Part shown: positions 62,963 through 64,000 of the stretch, piece by piece
Layout: each line of letters opens with the position of its first letter
Position numbering within the stretch: the first letter of the stretch is position 1
Source: Octopus sinensis
Lineage: Eukaryota
Direction: 5' to 3'
NCBI RefSeq assembly: GCF_006345805.1
Contig: NC_043011.1
Location: forward strand, 44,280,464 to 44,344,463
Length of the DNA: 64,000 bases
The notes under the pieces: generated by a model
What the model was told of the DNA's origin: nothing
Seen by the model: the letters and a program-made list of their open reading frames with translations, nothing else
The model's database searches: none
Program-made: the position numbers and the translations under genes

Positions 62963-63380
62963 CTAATAATTCTGATCTATTTCTGATCTCTTCAGAACCA
63001 TGGATGGAAAGAAAAATGAAAGAAAGTAAAACGAAAGAAAGAACAGCAGAAGCTAAAAACAAAACGAAGACAGAGGTCGAAAGGGCGAAGATAAATTTAT
63101 CTTTGGGGAGCAGGTCAGTTTAAAATTATGGCCGTTCTAAATCCATATTTTAGGAAAAGCCAAGTCGTCTTCTATGCAACTATTTTTATCTTCGCTTCTT
63201 CGATCGCTGCCTTAGCGTCTTCCTTCTTTTAGTTTCCTCTTTTGTTCATTCTCCGCCTTTTTTTTATCGTTTTCTATTGTAAAATTATTCCTTCAATTCA
63301 CGAAGAAATCTTCAATCACTAGTTCTGAAGATATTAAACTAATCGAAATAGATATATAAATCGATTAACTAGTGTTTGTG

Positions 63381-63915
<535 letters not shown>

Positions 63916-64000
63916 ATCTAACTGTGTGTGTCTGTCAGACTGTCTCTGAATATGTTCGTCATGGAACGTAAACAGCGGGACTACACATTCTGTTTACTGA

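Overview
Eukaryotic, AT-rich, repeat-saturated genomic DNA. The SINE families, microsatellite load and transposon mix look like an octopus/coleoid cephalopod genome (inference). Most of the window is tRNA-derived SINEs (at least 3-4 families, dozens of copies), simple repeats, and fragments of CR1, R4/Dong, RTE, Hero/NeSL-like, Penelope-like, mariner and hAT elements. One host exon is clearly recognisable: the minus-strand terminal exon (25610-25768) of a GABA-A/glycine/GluCl-type Cys-loop ligand-gated ion channel (M4 helix). Its upstream exons were not identified with confidence. Several weak candidate exons of an unidentified gene lie in 1-17 kb. The most striking non-coding signal is a set of minimal type I hammerhead ribozymes with palindromic helix III in Penelope-like remnants. 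Two of them face outward from a near-perfect, spacer-less ~456-bp palindrome (34858-35313). Other fold-back hairpins recur, several next to (TA)n tracts. SINE copies are CpG-depleted left of ~29 kb and CpG-rich to the right, suggesting a methylation-domain boundary. Repeat boundaries are approximate manual readings.
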